NCBI RefSeq assembly: GCF_028369105.1
Contig: NZ_JAQNDO010000001.1
Coordinates: 1,779,711 to 1,843,710, forward strand
Origin: Polyangium mundeleinium
Lineage (GTDB): Bacteria > Myxococcota_A > Polyangia > Polyangiales > Polyangiaceae
Direction: 5' to 3'
DNA: 64,000 nucleotides
Below are positions 55,293 to 64,000 of this stretch, one piece after another; the stretch's first letter is position 1; the number at the start of each line of letters is the position of its first letter. A program made the translations under genes and the position numbers. The notes under the pieces are model-generated. The model saw only the letters and a list, made by a program, of their open reading frames with translations. It did no database searches and had not been told where the DNA came from.

Positions 55293-55548
55293 GCGATGAC
55301 GTCCTCCGAGCGTACCTTCATTTTCATCGCAATACGCGACAAAAAGGCCGCGTCGGAGCGATCACGTTGGGCCTTTGTCCGTCTGCGACGTTCCTCGATG
55401 CGCATGTCGCGCGCAGGATTTGCGGGCGCGCGCAGCCGCTTCGAATACCCATGATCCAAGGAGGATGAAGGCTCACGCGGCGCGTCGCCGGCGGTGAGAA
55501 AAACGAAGCTTTGCGAAGGTTCGGGGGCTGCGACTAGAGTCCCTTCGC

Positions 55549-56772
55549 ATGAGCACGCGACAGTCTCTTTTGCCTCGCGAGGTCTACGTCGTCGACGCCG
55601 TGCGCACGCCGATCGGGCGGTACGCCGGCGGGCTCGCGAGCGTGCGCCCGGACGACCTCGCGGCGCACGTCGTGTCGGCGCTGGCGAAGCGCAACGAGGC
55701 GCTCGCCGCGCAGCTCGATCACGTGGTGTTCGGAGCGACGAACCAGGCGGGCGAGGACAACCGGAACGTCGCGCGCATGGCGCTCCTCATCGCGGGCCTG
55801 CCCTACGAGGTGCCCGCCGTGACGGTGAACCGGCTCTGCGGCTCGGGCCTGGAGGCGGTCGCGGACGCGGCGCGGATGATCGCGGTGGGCGAGGCGTCGT
55901 GCGTGATCGCAGGCGGAGTCGAGAGCATGACGCGCGCGCCGTTCTCCATGCCGAAGCAGGCGAGCGCGTTCGACCGCACGCCGCCGCCGGTCTACGACAC
56001 GACGCTCGGCTGGCGGTACGAGAACCCGCGGATGAAGGCGCGTTTCCCGCTGATCTCGATGGGCGAGACGGCCGAAAACGTGGCCGAGAAGTACGGGATT
56101 TCGCGGGAGGATCAGGATCGCTTCGCGGTGGAGTCGCAGCGCCGGGCGGCCGAGGCGTGGAAGGGCGGGGCCTTCGCGGCCGAGGTCGTGCCCGTGCCGA
56201 TCCCGCAAAAGAAGGGCGATCCCGTGCTGTTCGACCGCGACGAGTCCGTGCGGGAAGGCACGACGCTCGACGCGCTCGCGAAGCTGCCGGCGGTGTTCAA
56301 GAAGGGCGGCAGCGTGACGGCGGGCAACTCCTCGCCGATCAACGACGGCGCCTCGGGGCTCTTGCTCGCGTCGGCGGAGGTCGTGGCGCAGGCGGGCGTG
56401 ACGCCGCTCGCGCGTGTGCTCGGCAGCCAGACGGCCGGCGTGGATCCGAGCTTCATGGGCGAGGGGCCGATCCCCGCCGTCCGAAAGTTGCTCACCCGGG
56501 CAGGTCTTCAGGCGTCCGACGTGGACCTCGTCGAGCTGAACGAGGCGTTCGCGGCGCAGTCGCTCGCGTGCGTGCGCGCGCTCGAGCTCGACCCGTCACG
56601 CGTCAACGTGAACGGCGGCGCCATTGCGCTCGGCCACCCGATCGGCTCGTCGGGCGCGCGCATTGCCTGCACGCTCGTGCATGCGATGAAGGCGCGCGAG
56701 AAGAAGATCGGCCTCGCGTCGCTCTGCATCGGCGTGGGGCAAGGGATCGCAGCTCTGTTCGAGAAAATCTGA
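55549..56772 (+). CDS. Acetyl-CoA C-acyltransferase (thiolase family)
   Basis: Thiolase signatures: active-site Cys in [12 protein letters not shown]; C-terminal [20 protein letters not shown] and a CIGVGQG-type motif. Confidence 0.9.
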   Translation: MSTRQSLLPREVYVVDAVRTPIGRYAGGLASVRPDDLAAHVVSALAKRNEALAAQLDHVVFGATNQAGEDNRNVARMALLIAGLPYEVPAVTVNRLCGSGLEAVADAARMIAVGEASCVIAGGVESMTRAPFSMPKQASAFDRTPPPVYDTTLGWRYENPRMKARFPLISMGETAENVAEKYGISREDQDRFAVESQRRAAEAWKGGAFAAEVVPVPIPQKKGDPVLFDRDESVREGTTLDALAKLPAVFKKGGSVTAGNSSPINDGASGLLLASAEVVAQAGVTPLARVLGSQTAGVDPSFMGEGPIPAVRKLLTRAGLQASDVDLVELNEAFAAQSLACVRALELDPSRVNVNGGAIALGHPIGSSGARIACTLVHAMKAREKKIGLASLCIGVGQGIAALFEKI

Positions 56773-56819
56773 GGGGGTCGGGGCCCCAAGGCCCCACGGA
56801 AAAGGAAGAGGAGAGAGAC

Positions 56820-57389
56820 ATGCAATTTCCGGCCATCAACGTGCCCGGCGCAGGGCAACTCCACGCGCGGCTCGTCACGACGCTCGGCGACATCGTCCTT
56901 CGGCTGGAGGAGGAGCGCGCGCCGAACACCGTGAAGAACTTCGTCGCCCTCGCGACCGGTTCGATCGACTGGAAGGACCCGAAGACCGGGCAGACCCATC
57001 AAGGCGAGGGTCTCTACAACGGCGTCCGCTTCCACCGCGTGATCCCGAGGTTCATGATCCAGTGCGGTGATCCGCTCACGCGTTACCCGGACATGGCGGC
57101 GCGCTGGGGCACGGGCGGGCCGGGGTACAAGTTCAGCGACGAGTTCCACCCGGAGCTCCGGCACGACGGGCCGGGCGTGCTCTCCATGGCGAACAGCGGC
57201 CCGGGGACGAACGGGTCGCAGTGGTTCATCACGGAGGGGCCGACGCCGCACCTCAACAACAAGCACTCGGTCTTCGGCAAGGTCGTGAGCGGTCAGGACG
57301 TGGTCAACAAGATCGCGAACGTCCCGACCTCGCGGGATCGGCCGAATGTGGACGTGGTGATCGAGCGGGTGGAGATCTTCCGGCAGTAG
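56820..57389 (+). CDS. Cyclophilin-type peptidyl-prolyl cis-trans isomerase
   Basis: [59 protein letters not shown] at 56820 after aggaagaggagagag. Confidence 0.9.
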   Translation: MQFPAINVPGAGQLHARLVTTLGDIVLRLEEERAPNTVKNFVALATGSIDWKDPKTGQTHQGEGLYNGVRFHRVIPRFMIQCGDPLTRYPDMAARWGTGGPGYKFSDEFHPELRHDGPGVLSMANSGPGTNGSQWFITEGPTPHLNNKHSVFGKVVSGQDVVNKIANVPTSRDRPNVDVVIERVEIFRQ

Positions 57390-57450
57390 CCGGGGAGGGC
57401 GCCCAGGCGCCGGGCCTCCGCGGAGACCCGGCGCGCGCGGCGGGCTTCGA

Positions 57451-58545
57451 TCAGGGCGCGCAGGTTTTGTTCGCGCCCGAGCCCGTGCACATGTTGTTCA
57501 GGCAGTCGGGGTTGTTCGTGCACGGAGCGCCCGGCTCGCCCTTGCAGACGCCGGCCCCGTCGCAGGCCTTGTTGCCCATGCAGGGCGTCATCCCGTTCGT
57601 GTCGTCCTGGTTGACCGGCACGGGGGAGCACGTCCCCACGTTGCCCATGACGTTGCACGCCTGGCACGTGCCCGTGCAGGCGGTCGCGCAGCAGACGCCG
57701 TCGACGCAGAAGTTGCTCTCGCACTCGGCGTTCGCCGCGCACGCGGCGGCGTCGCATTTGGCGCACTTGGCGCCGCCGCAGTCGATCCCGGTCTCGTCGC
57801 CGTTCTTCACGCCGTCGCTGCACGAGATGCACGTGTTGTCGGGCAGGCACGTGGGATTCGTGCCCATGCAGTCGTTGTCGGCGACGCACGCGACGCAGGT
57901 GCCCCCGTTGCAGACGCCGTCCGTGCAGTCGGCGTCGGTGGCGCACTCGACGCACGTGTTTCCGCTGCAGACGTCATTGCCCGAGCAGTGGTTGTCCTCG
58001 ACGCACTCGACGCACGCGCCGCTCCCGTTGCACACGCCGTCGGGACATGGGTCGCCCGAGGGGTCGCTCATCTGCATGGGCAGGCCGGAGACGCAGACCG
58101 AGGTCGTGCAGGGGTTGCCGTCACCCGGCGGCGTGTCGTCGTCGTCGTTGACCACCTTCTCGCCGCCCATGCCGTCGCATTCGAGCGCCTTGCAGTCGCC
58201 GTTCATCGGGTCGGGCAGGTTCATGCCGTCGGGCGCGTCGTCCGCCTCGCACGTCCCGTTCACGCAGCTCCAGTCGCGGCAGGTCGTGTCCGCGGGGCAG
58301 TCCCCAGGGTTCTGACACGGCATGCCGCCCATGCCGCCCGTGCCGCCGCCGCCCATGCCGCCGCCGCCCATGCCCCCCACCCCGCCGACGCCGCCGGTCC
58401 CGCCGGTGCTCGACGAGCTCGTCCCACCCCCGAGGCCGCCGGTGCCACCCGAGGGCTCGAACTGGTTGAAGTCTTGGGTGCAGCCCAGGTACGTGAGGCC
58501 CAGAGCCGAAAGAAGGGTTGCGGTCAGGATGGCGGAGCGCTTCAC
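57451..58545 (-). CDS. Secreted Cys-rich lipoprotein with a Gly-rich linker
   Basis: The probable GTG start is at 58543-58545 ([25 protein letters not shown], lipobox). GGTGG/GGMGG linker. About 60 Cys residues in C-x-C / CxxxxC repeats ([30 protein letters not shown]...). Confidence 0.7.
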   Translation of the reverse strand: MKRSAILTATLLSALGLTYLGCTQDFNQFEPSGGTGGLGGGTSSSSTGGTGGVGGVGGMGGGGMGGGGTGGMGGMPCQNPGDCPADTTCRDWSCVNGTCEADDAPDGMNLPDPMNGDCKALECDGMGGEKVVNDDDDTPPGDGNPCTTSVCVSGLPMQMSDPSGDPCPDGVCNGSGACVECVEDNHCSGNDVCSGNTCVECATDADCTDGVCNGGTCVACVADNDCMGTNPTCLPDNTCISCSDGVKNGDETGIDCGGAKCAKCDAAACAANAECESNFCVDGVCCATACTGTCQACNVMGNVGTCSPVPVNQDDTNGMTPCMGNKACDGAGVCKGEPGAPCTNNPDCLNNMCTGSGANKTCAP

Positions 58546-58634
58546 GGCATCACCTCGCTCGGGCGCGCAGGCCCGACTGGAAAGGATGCCCGAAGGTATC
58601 ACGAGGACGGCAATCGCAGGAGACCGGCGAGCAT

Positions 58635-59573
58635 TCACACGATGGGAGGTGGCTCGTCGTCCATCCCACGATTCATGAGGTTTCGCGCCTCGACGAGGTG
58701 CAGCTCGACCTTCGATGCACACGCGACGCGTGACGCGCGGAGCGCCGCGAGGACCGCGTCTTTCGTGGCCGTGCCGAGGCTTCGCGCGCGGCTGAGCGTG
58801 ACGATCGCCTGGTCGATGTCGTGCAGTTCGCCGAGGTGCCGCTGCATGCGCGTCGCATGCTTGGCGAGGCGTGTCGCCGTCACGCCGAGGGGCACGGCGA
58901 AGAGCTCGGCGGTGTAGCGCAGGCGCTTGTAACGAATGCGGAGCTCGTGCATCGCCTCGACGTCGCCGACGTCCCGCTGGGCCCACGTCACCACGTCGCG
59001 CGCCGCGCGATCGAGGACCTCGTGGCCGAGCTCGACGGCGGGCACGAGCCGCGGCGTGTCCCCGTTGAGGCGCGCGGCGAGCGCATGGAACGAGCGTTCG
59101 AGACGTCGGATGCGCTTGCCGCCCGGCAAGGTCGGCGTGCGCGCGGGAGGGCCGTCCCGGAGCAAGCGCGTCACCTCGGTGTGCTCTTTCCGCGTGGCGT
59201 GGGCGCGACGGACGAGCCAGCCGCCCACCTCGGCGTGCGCCTCTGGGGGCAGATCGAGCGCGGCGAGCGTCTCGCGCAGCACCTCCTCGTCGCGGAGCGC
59301 GCCCGTGGCCTGGGCGTAGTAGCGGATCTCGCCCTCGAGTCGCGCGAGCCGCTTGCGCCGCCAGAGCTCGCGCGCGACGCGGAGGAGCGTGCGCATCCGC
59401 CGCAGCGCCACGCGGAAGTCGTGGAGCGCCGCCTCGTCGCTGGCGCCGTCCGGTGCTCCTTGGATCGCGGACGTGGAGACGGCGAGCACCCGCTCCCGGG
59501 CCGCGCGTGCGTCCGCGACGAGCGCGTGGAGCGCCGTGGCGACGAGCTGATGGGCATGGTTCGGTGTGTTCAT
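58635..59573 (-). CDS. CHAD-domain protein
   Basis: All-helical with conserved His/Arg motifs LHDFRVALRRMRTLLRV and HELRIRYKRLRYTAELF. Its start overlaps the rnj stop by 4 nt. Confidence 0.8.
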   Translation of the reverse strand: MNTPNHAHQLVATALHALVADARAARERVLAVSTSAIQGAPDGASDEAALHDFRVALRRMRTLLRVARELWRRKRLARLEGEIRYYAQATGALRDEEVLRETLAALDLPPEAHAEVGGWLVRRAHATRKEHTEVTRLLRDGPPARTPTLPGGKRIRRLERSFHALAARLNGDTPRLVPAVELGHEVLDRAARDVVTWAQRDVGDVEAMHELRIRYKRLRYTAELFAVPLGVTATRLAKHATRMQRHLGELHDIDQAIVTLSRARSLGTATKDAVLAALRASRVACASKVELHLVEARNLMNRGMDDEPPPIV

Positions 59574-61261
59574 ACCCGGGAAAGCGCCACGACGACGATC
59601 GGCCTGCGCCCCGTCTTTGCCTCGATGACGCGGCGCGCGGCGAGGCGCACCACCTCGGTCACGCCCTCGTCGCTCGACCGCGTCCGCCCGTCCGCTTCCG
59701 AGATCGCGCGCGAGACCGCGAGGGCCGCCGCGCGCATCACCTCGGAGGCGCCTTCCTCTTGATCAACGACGCCACGCTGCACGACGCGCGGCGGGGCGGC
59801 GACGCTGCCGCGCCGGTCGAGCACGAGCGACACCATCGCCACGCCCGACCGTCCGATCTGCGCGCGCTCGCGGATCACCTCGTCGGGCAGCTCGTCGCCG
59901 GCGTAGGTCGCGACCTTGCCCACGGTCACGCGCGCGGCCTTGGCGAGGGCCGCACGCGCGCCGAGCTCGACCACCTCGCCGTTCTCGGCGACGAGGACGT
60001 CGGAGACGCCGACCTCGCGGGCGAGCGCGGCGTGCCGCACGAGGTGGTGCAAGGTCCCGTGTACGGGCACGAAGGAGCGAGGCCGGCAGAGCTCGATCAT
60101 GCGCGTCTGCTCCTCGCGGTGCGCGTGCCCGCTCGCGTGGACGCCCCGGTCCGTGAGCCCCGTCTTGAGGTCGATGCCCATGCGCAGGAAATCGCCCATC
60201 ATGTCGAAGACCGGCCGGTCGTTGCCCGGGATGATGCGGCTCGACAGGACGACGACGTCGCCCGGGTCGAGGCGGAGCAAGGGGTGCGTGCCGGCCGCGA
60301 GGCGCACGAGCGCGCTCATGCGCTCGGCCTGCGTGCCGCTCGCGATGATGAGGACGCGGTCGCGCGGCATCGAGCCGAGGTGCTCGGGCGGCACGAGCAG
60401 ATCACTCGGGAACCGGAGCCGGCCGACGATCTCGGCGGCGCGGACGTGGGTCTGCACGCTGCGGCCGAGCAAGCAGAGCCGCCGCCGCGTGGCCACGGCG
60501 ACCTTCGCCAGCATGGCGAGGCGCTGCACGTTCGAGGCGAACATGCCGATGATCACGCGGGTCTTGGCGCGCGTGACGATCTCCTCCAGCGCCTGGCCGA
60601 CGGAGAGCTCGCTCGTCGACCGGCCGGGCGAGTCCACGTTCGTGCTGTCGGAGAGCAGGAGCGAGACCCCCTCGTCGCCGAGCTCGGCGAGGCGCGCTTC
60701 GTCGGTCAGCTCGCCGTCGGGCGGCGTGGGGTCGAGCTTGAAGTCGCCCGTGTGCACCACGATGCCCGCGGACGTCCGGAACGCGAGGGCGACCGCGTCG
60801 ACGATCGAGTGCGTGACGCGGATGGGCTCGAACGAGAACGAGCCGGCCTCGTACGTCTTGCGCGGCGCGACGGGGATGAGCTCGACCTCGTCGTCGCCGT
60901 AGCCGTGCTCCGCGAGCCTGTGCTTGACGAGCTCCAGCGCGTGGGCCGGCCCGTAGACCGGGACGTCCTCGTCGAGGTGCGCGAGCAGATAAGGCAGCCC
61001 CCCGATGTGGTCCTCGTGTCCGTGGGTCAGCACGACGGCGCGCACGCGGTCCTTGTGCCCGATCACGTAGTCGAAGCGCGGGTGATACGTGTCGATGCCG
61101 AGGTCGGTCGTCGGGAACGTGACGCCGCAGTCGACGAGCACGACGTCGTCGCCTTGCTCGAGCGCCATGCAGTTCATCCCGATCTCGCCGAGCCCGCCGA
61201 GGGGGACGACCCGCAGCGAGGAGCGGCCATTCGAAGGCCCGCGCGGGGGAGGGGGGGACAT
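59570..61261 (-). CDS. rnj: Ribonuclease J (metallo-beta-lactamase/beta-CASP RNase)
   Basis: Start ATG at 61259-61261 (MSPPPPRGPSNGRSSLRVVPLGGLGEIGMNCMALE). MBL motif HGHEDHIGGLPYL; beta-CASP and C-terminal domains present. The ORF part above 61261 is antisense of the sppA region. Confidence 0.85.
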   Translation of the reverse strand: MSPPPPRGPSNGRSSLRVVPLGGLGEIGMNCMALEQGDDVVLVDCGVTFPTTDLGIDTYHPRFDYVIGHKDRVRAVVLTHGHEDHIGGLPYLLAHLDEDVPVYGPAHALELVKHRLAEHGYGDDEVELIPVAPRKTYEAGSFSFEPIRVTHSIVDAVALAFRTSAGIVVHTGDFKLDPTPPDGELTDEARLAELGDEGVSLLLSDSTNVDSPGRSTSELSVGQALEEIVTRAKTRVIIGMFASNVQRLAMLAKVAVATRRRLCLLGRSVQTHVRAAEIVGRLRFPSDLLVPPEHLGSMPRDRVLIIASGTQAERMSALVRLAAGTHPLLRLDPGDVVVLSSRIIPGNDRPVFDMMGDFLRMGIDLKTGLTDRGVHASGHAHREEQTRMIELCRPRSFVPVHGTLHHLVRHAALAREVGVSDVLVAENGEVVELGARAALAKAARVTVGKVATYAGDELPDEVIRERAQIGRSGVAMVSLVLDRRGSVAAPPRVVQRGVVDQEEGASEVMRAAALAVSRAISEADGRTRSSDEGVTEVVRLAARRVIEAKTGRRPIVVVALSRV

Positions 61262-61501
61262 GCCGCTCTGCGGATCGTTCAACGAGGACAACAACACTCC
61301 TGTCGCGTTCGAGCGCCGTCGACGGCCGGCTCGTCCCCGGAGCATAACGCGGCCTGGGCGGTCTGGCCCCCTTCCCGAGGAGGGAACGGCCCGATCTACC
61401 GCCGCCGCCTCCGTGGGTCTACGTTGCGCTGGTTCCTCCCCGGATCCGAAGGCCCTCCCTTGCTCCGCTCTGTCCTCACGAACCTCTTCCTCCTCCTCGT
61501 C

Positions 61502-63190
61502 ATGCCCCTCCGATGGCTGCGCCGCGCGTTCGCCATCCCGAAGGGCGGCTACGTCCTGCTCGACCTCGACGGGCCGGTCGTCGACACCGTGCCGACGCGG
61601 CCGCGCGGCCTCGCGCGGATCCTCCGGCGCGTTCGCCCGCCGCTCTCGGTGGCGCGGGTGCGGGAGCTCTGCGAGCTCATCGCCGGGGACGACCGGGCCG
61701 CAGGGCTCTTCGTCCGGCTCGACGGTCTCGCGGCCGGCCCGAGCGTGCTCGCCTCGCTCCGCAAGGTGTTCGCGACCCTGAGGGACGCAGGCAAGGAGGT
61801 CGTCTTCTACCTGCCCATGGGCGCGGACAACGACACGATGTTCCTCGCGTCCGCGGGGCGCCGCGTCGTGGTCGGGCCCGAGACGCTCGTCGCGCCGATC
61901 GGCTACGCGGCGACGGGGCGTTACCTGCGGAGAGCGCTCGCCGAGATCGGGGTCGAGCCCGAAGTGTTTGCGCGCGGCACGTACAAGGCCGCCGCCGAGC
62001 CGCTCGTGCGGGACGCGATGAGCGAGGCGCAACGCGAGCAGCTCGGCGAGGTGCTCGGCGCGCGGCATGACGCGCTCGTCCGGGCGCTCGCGGAGCGGTG
62101 CGGCGGTGACATGACGGTCGCGTCCCGCTGGGTCGACGAGGCGCCCTACCGAGCGAGCCGCGCAGAGGAGCTCGGCCTCGTGGACGCCGTCGCGTACGAG
62201 GACGAGGTCACGAGGCTGCTCGGCAAGGAGCCGGCCCCGACGGCGCGCTGGATGCCGGCGGGCCGGTACATCGCCGCGCGTCGCGCGTCAGGCTTCCGGC
62301 CGCTCTTGCCGCGGCCGGTCGTGGGCCTTGTCGAGGTGCATGGCCCCATCGTCTCGCGCAGCCGCTTCTCGCTCGGCAAGCTCGCCGTCGAGGACCGCGT
62401 CGTCCGGGCGCTCCGCGCGGCGCGTAGCAACCGACGCATCGCGGCCGTCGTGCTGCACATCGACTCGCCCGGCGGCAGCGCCGTCGCCTCGGACCGCATC
62501 CACCACGAGGTCGAGCTGCTCGCCAAGGAGAAGCCGGTCATCGCGTACCTCTCGAACGTCGCGGCGAGCGGCGGCTACTACGTCGCGGCGGCGGCGCGCG
62601 TCATCGTCGCCGAGCCCCAGGTCATCACGGGGTCGATCGGCGTCGTGTCGGCGCACTTCGTCCTGCGTGGGCTCCTCGAGAAGGTCGGCGTCTCGACGGA
62701 CGTGGTCAAGCGCGGGGCGCGCGCCGATCTGTTCTCGCCCGTCCGGCCGCTCGACGCGTCCGAGCGCGCGGTGCTCGAGTCCGAGGTCGACGCCTTCTAC
62801 AGGACGTTCGTGGGCGTGGTCGCGCGGGGGCGGGGCCGGGCGTTCGAGGACATCGACAAGCTCGCGCAGGGCCGTATTTACAGCGGGACCGAGGCGCGGG
62901 CGCGTGGGCTCGTCGACGAGCTCGGGGGCCTCTCGGACGCGGTCGCTCGGGCGTCGGACTTCGCGGGGCTCGGCCCGCTCGAGCTTCGGCTCGTGCCTCC
63001 GCCGCGTGGGGAGGGGCTGCCGCCGAGCGCGGCGCGCGTGGCCCGGGCGGCGCTGTCGGCGCTGGGGGCGCTCGGCCTTTCGCCGGTGGCCGAGCGTGCC
63101 CTGCTCGGCTTGAACCTCGCGGCGAGCGAGCGCGTGCTCGTCTACGAGCCTTGGGGTTCGGATGGACGAACCTGGCAGGACCTCACGTAA
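61502..63190 (+). CDS. sppA: Signal peptide peptidase SppA (protease IV, two-domain 67K type)
   Basis: The real gene is the C-terminal 562 aa of the 1245-aa ORF. N-terminal TM LTNLFLLLVMPLRW. Two ClpP/crotonase-like halves with IAYLSNVAASGGYYVAAAA and ITGSIGVVSAHFVL motifs and a catalytic Ser/Lys context. Confidence 0.85.
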   Translation: MPLRWLRRAFAIPKGGYVLLDLDGPVVDTVPTRPRGLARILRRVRPPLSVARVRELCELIAGDDRAAGLFVRLDGLAAGPSVLASLRKVFATLRDAGKEVVFYLPMGADNDTMFLASAGRRVVVGPETLVAPIGYAATGRYLRRALAEIGVEPEVFARGTYKAAAEPLVRDAMSEAQREQLGEVLGARHDALVRALAERCGGDMTVASRWVDEAPYRASRAEELGLVDAVAYEDEVTRLLGKEPAPTARWMPAGRYIAARRASGFRPLLPRPVVGLVEVHGPIVSRSRFSLGKLAVEDRVVRALRAARSNRRIAAVVLHIDSPGGSAVASDRIHHEVELLAKEKPVIAYLSNVAASGGYYVAAAARVIVAEPQVITGSIGVVSAHFVLRGLLEKVGVSTDVVKRGARADLFSPVRPLDASERAVLESEVDAFYRTFVGVVARGRGRAFEDIDKLAQGRIYSGTEARARGLVDELGGLSDAVARASDFAGLGPLELRLVPPPRGEGLPPSAARVARAALSALGALGLSPVAERALLGLNLAASERVLVYEPWGSDGRTWQDLT

Positions 63191-63777
63191 CGATTTCCCA
63201 AGGGATCCCGCAGATTCTGCGCTCTCCGGCCCTGGGGGGCGCGTGCGGTGGGAACGACGCTACGCACCGCGGGATGGCGTTGCCGCTTGAAACGCCACGC
63301 GACGCGTTGTCAATGCGTTGTTTCCTTACATTTTGCTCGTCCAGACAATTCGACCCAATTGGAAATGGTGTGGGATGATAAACGGAATTTTCCTGCCAAG
63401 CGGGGACACCGGCGTTTGACCGAGGCGCTCCAGATCCCGGTCTTTGTTCAGAAAAACCAGAGTGGGCCGGGACAAATCCACAGGGGTGCAGCGGTTCATG
63501 TGGTTTGGTGTGGAGAACCCTCATCCTGATCTTGGGGGCTTGCCTGGACGCTAGGGGTTGGGGTACGACGGCGACCAAGACACTGCCGGTGGGGTTCCAC
63601 CGTCGGCAGCAGGTCGCCCGCCGGGTGAGTCGAGCCCGGCGCGGCAAACGATTTCGAGTTACTCCTGAACAAAAGCAGAGGCAGCGCCGCGGGCCTGCCA
63701 ATGCAGCGTCGCCACTGTACGATTCTCGGAGCGGTTCGTACGGACAGGCGACGTTTTCCATCTTGGGAGACATGTAG

Positions 63778-64000
63778 ATGGCGCAGCCGACGATCGGTGA
63801 GGAAGGCGGGAAGGTGGCGAAGACGTCCGGGGAGGGCACGAAGCGCGCAGCCCGGGTCTCGGACAAGCCCGGCAAGACCGCGGCGGCCACGGCGGCCGGG
63901 GCGGCGGTCTCCGCGAAAGAGGCGAAGAAGGCAGCGCGTGCGCGTGGCCTCGCCTTCGACCGGGTCTTCACGCACCGAGGGGCGAACCCGCTTGACGAGG
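63778..64000 (+). CDS. 5' end of a gene truncated by the window edge; Lys/Ala-rich N-terminus, product unidentified
   Basis: ATG 63778; MAQPTIGEEGGKVAKTSGEGTKRAARVSDKPGKTAAATAAGAAVSAKEAKKAARARGLAFDRVFTHRGANPLDE. Strong GC3 bias and no stop before the window end. Confidence 0.4.
   Translation, partial: MAQPTIGEEGGKVAKTSGEGTKRAARVSDKPGKTAAATAAGAAVSAKEAKKAARARGLAFDRVFTHRGANPLDE

Noticed and set aside
59453-61500. N-terminal 680 codons of the 1245-aa plus ORF
   Set aside because: Antisense to RNase J, which has clear MBL motifs. Only the C-terminal SppA portion from ATG 61502 is real.

Overview
This 64-kb window looks like a myxobacterial (Myxococcales, Sorangiineae-like) chromosomal segment with about 70% GC, densely packed with signalling, envelope and respiratory genes. 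The taxonomic assignment rests on sequence features only: a MYXO-CTERM sorting tail, Myxococcus cysteine-rich repeats, a PEGA-domain gene coupled to a Ser/Thr kinase, and many lipoproteins. No rRNA, tRNA, CRISPR array or transposase was recognised; tRNAs were not systematically searchable by eye.

The main coding content, in order:
- Two adjacent hybrid sensor histidine kinases. The first is truncated at the window start and carries at least six tandem HAMP units.
- A cytochrome c–NnrU fusion membrane protein.
- A lower-GC, apparently frameshifted lipoprotein gene.
- A 1288-aa Cys-rich surface lipoprotein containing six near-identical 354-bp tandem repeats.
- A divergent pair of double radical-SAM proteins, one of them fused to a Gfo/Idh/MocA dehydrogenase. 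This is the best candidate for an undescribed system.
- A eukaryote-like 6-phosphofructo-2-kinase/fructose-2,6-bisphosphatase.
- A GH13 alpha-amylase lipoprotein.
- A FecR–VIT–vWA–TPR giant protein.
- A MYXO-CTERM lipoprotein followed by a 43-bp tandem-repeat array of about 11 copies.
- A PAS–STAS protein, a SpoU methyltransferase, and a Ser/Thr kinase translationally coupled to a PEGA-domain protein.
- A membrane HdrED/DsrMK-like Fe-S oxidoreductase.
- BamA, a Rieske protein and a cytochrome b–dihaem c fusion.
- A cluster of palindromic GGGGAGGCCCC elements in the following intergenic region.
- A multi-GAF hybrid histidine kinase, a thiolase, a cyclophilin, a Cys-rich lipoprotein, a CHAD protein overlapping RNase J, and SppA.
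- The start of a further gene after a roughly 590-bp lower-GC intergenic region at the window end.

Many long ORFs on the opposite strand or in other frames are arginine-rich antisense artefacts typical of high-GC DNA and were rejected.
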